Assembly (NCBI GenBank): GCA_964495705.1
Contig: CAZBWS010000007.1
Span: forward strand, 688 to 64,687
DNA length: 64,000 bases
Source: an uncultured Gammaproteobacteria bacterium
Lineage (GTDB): Bacteria > Pseudomonadota > Gammaproteobacteria > HTCC5015
Reading direction: 5' to 3'
The notes below the pieces were generated by a model, which did not search any database, was not told the origin of the DNA, and worked only from the letters and a program-made list of their open reading frames with translations. Position 1 is the first letter of the stretch, and each line of letters opens with the position of its first letter. The translations under genes and the position numbers were made by a program. Shown here piece by piece: positions 8,898 to 17,383 of the stretch.

Positions 8898-9632
8898 ATG
8901 AATAAAGTAGAGCTAGAAGAATCAAGGCGTGAGTTTTTACTCAAATCCATTAGTGCAGGGACATTGGCTATTTCGGCATCCAGTGGTTTATTAGTCCCTG
9001 CTCCTGCTCAATCTATGGGAAAAATCCCCGAAAAGCTCATCCCTGGTAAGTCTATATATGATATACGAGGAACAGTTTTAGTGGATGGTGTAAAAGCGAA
9101 TGAAGAAACCTTAATTAAAGCCTCTTCTAAGGTAGAAACTAAAAGCGGCAGTCATGTTGTTTTCGTCATTGGCTCAGATGCACATGTACTACGAGAAAAT
9201 AGTACTGTGCAATTCAAAGGCGCTGAATTTTTTGAGGAAGGGCTGCGTTTAGTCACCGGCAAGTTACTATCGGTATTTGGTGCTCGCCCTAAGCATCAAC
9301 AACATACATTACGTACATCCACGGCAACCATTGGTATACGCGGAACAGGGGTTTATACCGAGTCCTACGAGGATGCTAGTTATCTATGTACATGTTACGG
9401 GACGGTCGATCTATATGCGGATAATGATGACTATAGTGCAGAACGCATTGTTTCTAAGCAGCACGAAAATCCTCGTTATATTTTAGCTGATGGTAGCAAG
9501 GGAAAACTTATTGAAGACGCACCGATTAAGAATCACTCGGTGGAAGAGCTTATTCTTGTCGAATCTTTGGTGGGTCGCAAGCCGCCAGTATCTTTTGTAA
9601 GTGATTACAGCCCGCCTCGGGATGATTACTAA
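8898..9632 (+). CDS. Tat-signal FecR-domain-like periplasmic protein, full-length paralog
   Basis: It has a twin-arginine motif SRREFLLKS and then an A-rich h-region. FecR-like segments are IYDIRGTVLVDG...VETKSGSHVVFVIGSDAHVLRENSTVQF...TATIGIRGTGVY. An extra CTCYG-containing segment is absent from the upstream paralog. Both paralogs end in ...DY. Confidence 0.65.
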   Translation: MNKVELEESRREFLLKSISAGTLAISASSGLLVPAPAQSMGKIPEKLIPGKSIYDIRGTVLVDGVKANEETLIKASSKVETKSGSHVVFVIGSDAHVLRENSTVQFKGAEFFEEGLRLVTGKLLSVFGARPKHQQHTLRTSTATIGIRGTGVYTESYEDASYLCTCYGTVDLYADNDDYSAERIVSKQHENPRYILADGSKGKLIEDAPIKNHSVEELILVESLVGRKPPVSFVSDYSPPRDDY

Positions 9633-9638
9633 GTCAAC

Positions 9639-9678
9639 AAGCATAAAAAAAGGCTCAGATGAGCCTTTTTTTATGCTT
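9639..9678. terminator. Bidirectional rho-independent terminator between convergent genes
   Basis: Perfect palindrome AAGCATAAAAAAAGGCTC-agat-GAGCCTTTTTTTATGCTT. The GC stem is flanked by an A-run and a T-run. Confidence 0.8.
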
Positions 9679-9689
9679 GTTTATTGAGC

Positions 9690-10235
9690 TTAGCCAAGTT
9701 GCGCGTCAATGACTTTCTGAGCATCTTCAATTAAAGGGTGCTTGGGATGTGCCTTAATAAAGCTTCGCATTAATTCAATACTCTGTGCTTTTTCACCTTG
9801 CCCGCCGCTCACTAAAGCCTTTGTAAACAGTGCGTTGGGGTACAGTTGAGTACCTTTGTACTGTTGTATAAAGCTGTCTAAATTTTTCCCAGCTGCTTGT
9901 AAGTTGCCTTGCTCAATAGATTTTTGTGCTTTGTTAAATAATTTTAAAGACTCAACAAAAACAGGGTCTTCAGATTGGTCCCCCTTCCAATAAGGCTCTA
10001 GGATGCTCTCTGTCGTTTCATTGCCACGAATACCTGCAGTAGTCACAGCACGGTACTTAGTATTTTTAGCTGTACTTGGATTCAATGCACGCAACTTCCC
10101 CCAGACCTGGTAGAAAATGCCTTTCAATACATTACTGGACTTATCTTCTTGTATGATTGCATTGTCTTCAGCAAAGCTGAATTGCGGTACGCTGATAGCT
10201 AAAGCCACTGACGCTACTATTACTTTAATATGCAT
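9690..10235 (-). CDS. Small secreted protein with C-terminal TPR/BamD-like helical region (hypothetical)
   Basis: 181 aa. Signal peptide MHIKVIVASVALAISVPQFSFA. The C-terminal half is helical-repeat-like (LFNKAQKSIEQGNLQAAGKNLDSFIQQYKGTQLYPNALF...). It lies 82 bp downstream of, and on the same strand as, the 1694-aa gene. Confidence 0.5.
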   Translation of the reverse strand: MHIKVIVASVALAISVPQFSFAEDNAIIQEDKSSNVLKGIFYQVWGKLRALNPSTAKNTKYRAVTTAGIRGNETTESILEPYWKGDQSEDPVFVESLKLFNKAQKSIEQGNLQAAGKNLDSFIQQYKGTQLYPNALFTKALVSGGQGEKAQSIELMRSFIKAHPKHPLIEDAQKVIDAQLG

Positions 10236-10317
10236 GAAACGGCCCTTTGTTTGTTCTGCATTGTTTTTATCAGTTTAACGGTATTTATGAAGAAAAACCT
10301 TGAATTCAATCTCATTT

Positions 10318-13300
10318 TTAGTTGACCAACAAGCTGCCTAAGCTTGCATAGCGCTGGCTTAAGTCAGGGTGTTGTTGCAAAGCTTGTTGATACTTATTTC
10401 GAGCAGAGCTCAATTCGCCACCACGATAGTAGGCAATCGACATGTTTATTTTAATACCGCCATCCTCTGGGTCTAAATCCTCTGCTTTTTGATAGGCATC
10501 GACAGCTTGGGCAAAGTCTCCAGAATTCAGATAGATGTTGCCCTTAGTATTATAGGCTTCTGCGCTACGTGGATTTAATATTAGCAGTTCAGAGAGTGTG
10601 TCCAGTGCGCGTTGTACTAAGCCATATTTTGCGAAAACAATAGCCATTTGGGTTTTGGCCACTTGGTTTTCAGGGTCGCTTTCTAACAGCAGTACATAGG
10701 GTTGGATGATACGATCTATGCCCTGCTCTATTAAACGATCAATTTCTATATTCACTAAACGTTGTACCGCCAGCTTAGGTGGCAATGCAAGATCATTGCC
10801 ACTGTGCTTTAAAGTGACTGGCTGGAAGTCTTTCCAAGCGTCTTTTAAAGCAATAGCGTTGAGCTTATTCTCGCCTAAATATTTATGATATTTGCGTGCA
10901 CCTTCGGCCCATGCCTCTGCAAAACTCGTATTAATCATCGTTGCTTCGATAGGTACCCAGACAAAGCCATCTCGAATGACTACGAGACTTTCCTGTTGAC
11001 TAATGACTGTACGATCTCTTTCAGGGATGCCTGTATTAAACATCATTAACAAATGTCCTGGCACATCTAATAATGCAGTCGCGATGCCTAAGTTTTCTAA
11101 GCTAGTACTCAACAACACAGAAAGATCGTCACAGTCACCGCTTTTGAGCTTTAAGGTTTCACGGGCAAATTGAACATAATCCACGGTATCTTCACCTAGC
11201 TCGGCAAAGGGATTGCTGGGGTCCACTACATAGCGAATACCCAAGGCATTAAAACTGTTAAATAGTGTCATTGCAGACACTAAGCTTTCGCTGAGTGGAC
11301 CATGTTCAGGCTTGTATTCGTTAATAGCCTGACGCACAAAGCCTCGTAACAAGTCGTCTTTGGGAGTGACGAATGAGCCAGCCATATGAGGTTGAGACCA
11401 AGTGATAGCATTTTTGCCGTGTATCGTCATGGGGCGAGTAATACTGATGCTGTCCTTCTGACCGTTACGCACAAAATTGAGTTTGATCTCAACTTGCACA
11501 CCAGTGTCTTCATCAATATCTAAGACTTGGTTGTTAAATGCTGCATTTAAAGGCAGTTCTATACTTTGCCCTCCTGAAATCATATTAATCGGCGTTGTCG
11601 TGGGGAAGTCCATATAGCCCTTTACATTAAAGCTTAAGCTCAGGTTGCCATAGCTCGTTGCAGCAGCGTTGCGCACCACAATGCTGCCAACGGGTTTATT
11701 AGAATACTGTTTGTAAGCAGCTGAAAAAATGGGGTGTATATTAAAATTTTCAAATACAAGCTGAGGTTGATTAAAGCGAAATTCTTCAGATTTCTTTTTT
11801 TCTGCGTAGGCGGCATTAACTAAGTTTTTATTTTCTACGGAGGGGGTAATCTCTGCGGCTTTTTCATAGCTTTCTATAGCGGCTTCATACAGCCTACGCT
11901 GTATATAGAGGTCGCCCTGGGTAACAAAGGCCGTAGCTAACTTAGGGTTTAATATTAAGGCCTGCTCAATTGCAGCCAGTGACTGATCATATAAACTGTT
12001 GTGTAAATACAGTGTCGCCAAACGAACGTGTAAAGTTGCATCAGTTTTATCGATAGCAATAGCTTTGCGAATACTTTCCAGTGCATCGCCAGTCTTTCCT
12101 TGTTGTTCTTGAATTTTCGATTTGGTTAATAAGGGCTTAATATTTTTAGGTTGTATGCGGATAGCCTGCTGGGCGTGCTTTTCAGCTTGTTTAAGAGCAC
12201 CAGAATGAGCTTGCGCTTCGGCCATCGCAAGGTGTGTCGAAAAGTCATTAGGCTTAATTTGTAATGCAGTTGTTAACGCGCTGACGGCATCATCATTGTT
12301 ATTATTAATAAAGGCCGCACGGCCATAGGCAAGTTGAGCGTCATGACTTTGAGGATTGTTGGTAGCGGCAGTTTGTAGTGTTTGTAAAGCCCTCTCCTTC
12401 TCTTCTCGCTGAGAGTATAAAGCCGCTAGCGCAATCCATGCAGGAACATTGTTAGCATCCGCACGGCTGGACTTTCCCAGTGATAATAGTGCAGTTCCCT
12501 CATCTTTATTTGCCAGAGCAACAACACCGAGTAAGTAATTCCCCTCAGATAGCGTATCCACATTGCCTGCCAGAGCTATAGCAATATTTCGGACTTCTTC
12601 GTATTTCTCTTCTAATAGATAAACATTCGCCAAGCCCAATTGGGCTTGAGTATTTTCACCTTGCAGGCTTATAGCGTGTTGATACTTAGTCGTTGCTAAT
12701 TCGTATTCTTGAAACTGCACATAGATATCACCCGCTTCAGACCATAGTAAAGCCGCATCTGTACGTTGCTTATCAGTCAAGCCTTCTACATCAATACTAC
12801 CTGCTAAAGCTTTTTCTAGTTGTGCAAAACCTTGTTCTTTAGCTCCGACTTTTAAATATGCCCTGCCTAATAGCAGCTGGCTGTGGATATGCTCAGGCTG
12901 TAACTTAATTGCCGCCTCTAAGCAGTCTACTGCGCCAATTGCATCATTCATTTCAAGGCTTAGCTGGCCACAATATAGCTGTGTTTCTGCGTCGTTAGGG
13001 GCTTGTTTAATCAGTTGTTGAACTAAGGCGAGAGCTTCAATGAATTGCTGGTCTTCGTGTAAAGTCTCGACCTGCAATTTAAGCCCTTCTTCTCTAAAGC
13101 CGTCAACATTAGCGAGAGACTTAAATTGGCTTAAAGCCGCTTCACTTTGTCCCATCTTTTTATAGCTTAAACCTAGATACTTTATGGCTGCAGCATGTTG
13201 CGGGTTTTGCCCAATGGCTATACTGAGTATTTTCTCGGCTATATCGTACTCAGCATTTTTATAACCCTGATAAGCTTCTAAGAAGATATCTTCAACACTA

Positions 13301-15345
13301 GCAGATGCAATACCTTGTTTGTCAAAACCACTGATAGCTGAAACACGGTATTTTGCATAGGTTTTGTTAGGCTTTTGTGAAATATTGAGCTGTGTTGATT
13401 GCACGGTGTCGATAAGTTCATATGTATCACTGGCAACGTTTAAGGCCCCAAAAACACGGTAGCCCTTGATATGCTGCCCTGCAACCTTAGACCAGTCTAA
13501 ATGAGCGGCGTTGACATCACCGGTTACCTTTAGACCTGAAACCTTTGCAGGCACCTTAATATAGTGATAGTTAAGCATGCCGCCTTTTTTGGCATCAAAA
13601 ATAGCGATGCTGGTTTTTTGTTTAGGCGTTAAGGTTAAAGATGTTGCGTTTTGTAATGCGGAGCTTTCTTTTTTTGAATAGTTAGCAAAGCGGAATATAC
13701 GTTGTTTTCCTTTATAGATATGTACACTTTGCTTATTGGCATTGGTGCCGGCTAGCACGTAAAGGTTATCGTCAACATCGACTGCTAAATCAATAAAGTG
13801 TGTGAATGCATCAGGGGATTTCAAGGGTGCACCAATATCATACATAAACTGATTATTAGCCGAAAACACTACGATTTTTTTCTTTTCATTATCAGCAACA
13901 AAAATTTCGCCTACGCTATTAACCGCTACAGCAGTAGGCTTTATTAGCAAATTGGGGCTGTCGCCGGGTCTAGGTAGCTTGCCTAGAAAAACGCCTTTTT
14001 GTGTAAAAAACTGTACTCTTGGTAGGCCAGATTCCGCCACATAGATACGCTTGCCAGTTAAAAATAGATCTTTAGCGCCTTTTAACTCCCCCTCTTTTTT
14101 TCCTCGTGCGCCAAATTGAGCAATACGGGTTCCTGCGTGATTAAAAACAAATACCCCTTTACTGCCCAGTACCGCAATTTTTTGGTCGTCAAAGGAGGCT
14201 TGTATAGGGTTCTTAAGCTTACTATCTAGGGTTTTAATAACTTTTCCATTGTTATCAAGAATATTCACCGCATTTTTCTTGTTGTCTAAACACAGCAGTT
14301 GGCCATTATTTAATTCATAGGCATTACTGCATTGCAGTTTAGCTAAGCCTGTAAATCGAATGCTTGCATAGGGTGCGGGATCTTCTTTTCCTAGGCTTTC
14401 TGAGGGGAGTTGGTATACGTCTATTTTTTTGTTGCCACTATCTGCGACGGCAATTTTAAAATTATCAGATACCGCCAGTGCTGTGGTATTAATATATTGC
14501 CCAGGCCCTTTGCCTGAGCTGCCAAATACGCGCTTTACTTTGTTGCTGTGCCAGTCGTATTGTAAGATTTTTCCAGAGATTTTATCCGCAATAAAGAGCT
14601 GCCCTTGAGCGCTTACAGCAATAGCGCTCAGTTTTATCTTTTTTGCCCCAGTAGTCGCGTGCAACTGTGCCGCTTTAATTGTTTTCAGGCGCTTCCCTGC
14701 CTGGGTGAAAATATGTATAGAGCCCATTTCTGCGCTATCTAAGACGTAAACACGCTCCTGCTTGTCGAGTTTTACCTGCTTAGGTATTTTTAGGTTTCTT
14801 GCGGGGTTGGTATTGTCTCTACCAATACGGTACAGAAATACACCATCAAGGCTAAATACTGATATATGACCTGCCTCATCAGCCAGATAAATACGTTCAT
14901 TATGCGAATAAGCTAAACTGCTCGCAGATTTGAGTAGCCCTGCACCTGCACCACTGGCACCAAATTTATTACTAACCTCGCCTGCCGAGTCAAGGATAAT
15001 GATTGTGTCATCTCCACTGTTAGTAACGGCTAAAGCACCATCAGGTAAAGCATCGATGCCGCTGACTTTTCTTGACGAAAATGCTTTAGCTTTACCTGCA
15101 ATCACTACTTTGTTCGCGATACCTTCAGAAAATGTCGTTACAGCTCCCAAGCTTGAGTCTGCTGCGACTAAACTACCATCATTAAGAAATTCAAGATCAG
15201 AGATATATTTGATAGCCGCTTTAGCATTGGTAGAGTTATAGCTTTGTAATAACTCAACATCCGCAGCAGGAGAAATACCAGAGTAAGTCAGCAGTGAAAC
15301 TATTAAGCAATTCAGTAGTCGTAATTTAGGTGATTTTAAACCCAT
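10318..15345 (-). CDS. Giant secreted NHL-repeat beta-propeller / FN3 / TPR / transglutaminase-like (SirB1-type) / TPR protein
   Basis: The track ORF is 10318-15402 (1694 aa). I prefer Met20 at 15345 because it is followed directly by a signal-like sequence, MGLKSPKLRLLNCLIVSLLTYSGISPAA. Many NHL-type blades are present (e.g. FGASGAGAGLLKSASSLAYSHNERIYLADEAGHISVF; FGSSGKGPGQYINTTALAVSDNFKIAVADSGNKKIDVY). One FN3-like module is present (VSGLKVTGDVNAAHLDWSKV...YRVSAI). A TPR array of roughly 600 aa follows. The Cys/His core is SGDCDDLSVLL...VPGHLLMMF...WVPIEAT. The protein ends with C-terminal TPRs. Confidence 0.85.
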   Translation of the reverse strand: MGLKSPKLRLLNCLIVSLLTYSGISPAADVELLQSYNSTNAKAAIKYISDLEFLNDGSLVAADSSLGAVTTFSEGIANKVVIAGKAKAFSSRKVSGIDALPDGALAVTNSGDDTIIILDSAGEVSNKFGASGAGAGLLKSASSLAYSHNERIYLADEAGHISVFSLDGVFLYRIGRDNTNPARNLKIPKQVKLDKQERVYVLDSAEMGSIHIFTQAGKRLKTIKAAQLHATTGAKKIKLSAIAVSAQGQLFIADKISGKILQYDWHSNKVKRVFGSSGKGPGQYINTTALAVSDNFKIAVADSGNKKIDVYQLPSESLGKEDPAPYASIRFTGLAKLQCSNAYELNNGQLLCLDNKKNAVNILDNNGKVIKTLDSKLKNPIQASFDDQKIAVLGSKGVFVFNHAGTRIAQFGARGKKEGELKGAKDLFLTGKRIYVAESGLPRVQFFTQKGVFLGKLPRPGDSPNLLIKPTAVAVNSVGEIFVADNEKKKIVVFSANNQFMYDIGAPLKSPDAFTHFIDLAVDVDDNLYVLAGTNANKQSVHIYKGKQRIFRFANYSKKESSALQNATSLTLTPKQKTSIAIFDAKKGGMLNYHYIKVPAKVSGLKVTGDVNAAHLDWSKVAGQHIKGYRVFGALNVASDTYELIDTVQSTQLNISQKPNKTYAKYRVSAISGFDKQGIASASVEDIFLEAYQGYKNAEYDIAEKILSIAIGQNPQHAAAIKYLGLSYKKMGQSEAALSQFKSLANVDGFREEGLKLQVETLHEDQQFIEALALVQQLIKQAPNDAETQLYCGQLSLEMNDAIGAVDCLEAAIKLQPEHIHSQLLLGRAYLKVGAKEQGFAQLEKALAGSIDVEGLTDKQRTDAALLWSEAGDIYVQFQEYELATTKYQHAISLQGENTQAQLGLANVYLLEEKYEEVRNIAIALAGNVDTLSEGNYLLGVVALANKDEGTALLSLGKSSRADANNVPAWIALAALYSQREEKERALQTLQTAATNNPQSHDAQLAYGRAAFINNNNDDAVSALTTALQIKPNDFSTHLAMAEAQAHSGALKQAEKHAQQAIRIQPKNIKPLLTKSKIQEQQGKTGDALESIRKAIAIDKTDATLHVRLATLYLHNSLYDQSLAAIEQALILNPKLATAFVTQGDLYIQRRLYEAAIESYEKAAEITPSVENKNLVNAAYAEKKKSEEFRFNQPQLVFENFNIHPIFSAAYKQYSNKPVGSIVVRNAAATSYGNLSLSFNVKGYMDFPTTTPINMISGGQSIELPLNAAFNNQVLDIDEDTGVQVEIKLNFVRNGQKDSISITRPMTIHGKNAITWSQPHMAGSFVTPKDDLLRGFVRQAINEYKPEHGPLSESLVSAMTLFNSFNALGIRYVVDPSNPFAELGEDTVDYVQFARETLKLKSGDCDDLSVLLSTSLENLGIATALLDVPGHLLMMFNTGIPERDRTVISQQESLVVIRDGFVWVPIEATMINTSFAEAWAEGARKYHKYLGENKLNAIALKDAWKDFQPVTLKHSGNDLALPPKLAVQRLVNIEIDRLIEQGIDRIIQPYVLLLESDPENQVAKTQMAIVFAKYGLVQRALDTLSELLILNPRSAEAYNTKGNIYLNSGDFAQAVDAYQKAEDLDPEDGGIKINMSIAYYRGGELSSARNKYQQALQQHPDLSQRYASLGSLLVN

Positions 15346-15496
15346 GGCGGCCTCAGCAGATTTACAATTGATACTGCGCTTATTATGCTGATCAATAGCC
15401 ATAAATTACAAGAGGCTAACACTGATAAATTCACTGTCTTTTCGCGCAATTTACGTTACATTTGTGTACGGTCTTTACTACATATAAGAAACCATA

Positions 15497-16411
15497 ATGA
15501 AAAACCAACTCCAAACAGCCATTAAGTCACTTAATAGTATTATTTTAGGCAAGCCAGAAGTGATCCGACAAGCCTTAACTTGTTTGTTGGCAGAGGGACA
15601 CTTACTCATAGAAGACTTGCCGGGTACAGGGAAAACGACACTCGCCCATGCATTGGCGAGTGTTTTAGGGATGAATTATCAACGCGTTCAGTTTACCAGT
15701 GATATGCTACCCGCAGATATTATTGGTGTTTCCATATTCCAGCAAGATAAAGGTGACTTTCGCTTCCATGCAGGGCCTTTGTTTAATCAGCTAATACTGG
15801 CAGATGAAGTCAATCGGGCCACTCCCAAAACGCAAAGTGCACTGCTGGAGGCGATGGAAGAGCAACAAGTCACTGTAGACGGTAATACCCATAACCTACC
15901 GCAACCGTTTTTTGTGTTGGCTACACAAAACCCGTCTACTCAAATTGGTACTTTTCCCCTTCCTGAGTCACAGCTAGATCGCTTTCTTATGCGCGTTAGT
16001 ATGGGGCAATTAAGTGCTGATGCCGAACGCTCGTTACTACTGGGTGAAAGCCGCCGAGATATGTTGAAAAATATCGAACCTGCTTTGAATGGCAGTGACT
16101 TGCTTGCATTACAAAAACGCACCCGTGAAGTACAGGTTTCAGAAGCTCTAGTTAACTACTTGCAAGACATATTACAACACTCCCGTGACAGTGGTTTCTT
16201 TGAACAGGGCTTATCGCCTCGAGCAGGCCTGGGAGTAAAGCGGGCAGCACAAGCTAATGCCTTGCTAATGGGACGTGACTACGTAACACCAGAAGATGTA
16301 CAGGCCGTTATATTACCTGTGGCTAATCACCGTTTATTAAGCAGCCGCCACGAGGCGCTATCAGAAGCTATATTGCGAGAGCAGTTAATTCATCCAGTTC
16401 CTATCCCATAA
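15497..16411 (+). CDS. moxR: MoxR-family AAA+ ATPase
   Basis: Walker A is LIEDLPGTGKTTLA and Walker B is LILADEVNRATPKTQSALLEAMEE. The size is typical (304 aa). It is the first gene of a moxR-DUF58-transglutaminase triad. Confidence 0.9.
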   Translation: MKNQLQTAIKSLNSIILGKPEVIRQALTCLLAEGHLLIEDLPGTGKTTLAHALASVLGMNYQRVQFTSDMLPADIIGVSIFQQDKGDFRFHAGPLFNQLILADEVNRATPKTQSALLEAMEEQQVTVDGNTHNLPQPFFVLATQNPSTQIGTFPLPESQLDRFLMRVSMGQLSADAERSLLLGESRRDMLKNIEPALNGSDLLALQKRTREVQVSEALVNYLQDILQHSRDSGFFEQGLSPRAGLGVKRAAQANALLMGRDYVTPEDVQAVILPVANHRLLSSRHEALSEAILREQLIHPVPIP

Positions 16412-17383
16412 ATGAATAATAAATCCACTTCTTTTCAGGCGATGCGCAACAAACTGCAAAGCTGGTTTAACAGTCGAATAGAGCGCCACGGAAATAGTAT
16501 TACGCTAACGGGACGGTCTGTTTATGTCATCCCAACACGTTATGGTTTTATGCTGGGGATAATGCTGCTAGGCTTGCTGCTGGGGTCGATGAACTACAGC
16601 AATAGCATGTCCTTTATGTTGACGTTTTTACTGGCCAGTATTGCTTTGCTGGGTATGCATTATACCTATGGCAATATAGTGAAACTAAAAATTAATGCGG
16701 GGAATATAACGCCGATATTTGCAGGTCAGTGTGCGAATATTCCCTTTCTTTTATCTGCATTAAATGAACGCCCGCGCTACGGTTTATTCTTAGGTGATGC
16801 GGATAGGCTGCAGCAACCGGCTAATGTCGAACAACCTCGTTCGCCACTCTATTTTAAAACACAGGCCTTAAGTCGAGGCCGCTATGTGCTACCTCGTACA
16901 AGGATATGGACTACATTTCCCTTTGGGATTTTCTATAGCTGGGCTTGGTTGAAACTGGATCAAATCGTATTAGTTTACCCGCAACCACAGAATTTTTTAG
17001 CCGAACTAGAATCTGAAGGGCAACAACAAGGTGAACTAAGCAGTACTCGTAAGGGCGATGATGATTTCGCTGGCATTCGCCGCTATCAAGAAACAGATTC
17101 ACCCAACCGCATTGCATGGAAAGCGCTAGCCCATAGCGGTGACTTACTATCTAAAGACTTCCATGGAACGACAGATAATAATATCTGGCTTAACTATGAA
17201 CTGCTCATGCAGCTTGAGCCCGAAGAGCGCCTCTCGCAACTATGCCAATGGGTGTTGGACTGTGAACGCGATCACCTGCCCTATGGCTTGTGTCTACCTG
17301 GTTACAGGGTAGATATTGACTTAGGTGAACGGCATAAAAAGCACTGTTTAGAGCTACTTGCCCTATTTGAGATACGACAGTGA
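16412..17383 (+). CDS. DUF58-family protein (MoxR partner, vWA-related)
   Basis: It starts immediately after the moxR stop. It has two N-terminal TM helices and the conserved DDFAGIRRYQETDSPNRIAWKA segment typical of DUF58. Its stop overlaps the next gene's start (GTGA). Confidence 0.85.
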   Translation: MNNKSTSFQAMRNKLQSWFNSRIERHGNSITLTGRSVYVIPTRYGFMLGIMLLGLLLGSMNYSNSMSFMLTFLLASIALLGMHYTYGNIVKLKINAGNITPIFAGQCANIPFLLSALNERPRYGLFLGDADRLQQPANVEQPRSPLYFKTQALSRGRYVLPRTRIWTTFPFGIFYSWAWLKLDQIVLVYPQPQNFLAELESEGQQQGELSSTRKGDDDFAGIRRYQETDSPNRIAWKALAHSGDLLSKDFHGTTDNNIWLNYELLMQLEPEERLSQLCQWVLDCERDHLPYGLCLPGYRVDIDLGERHKKHCLELLALFEIRQ

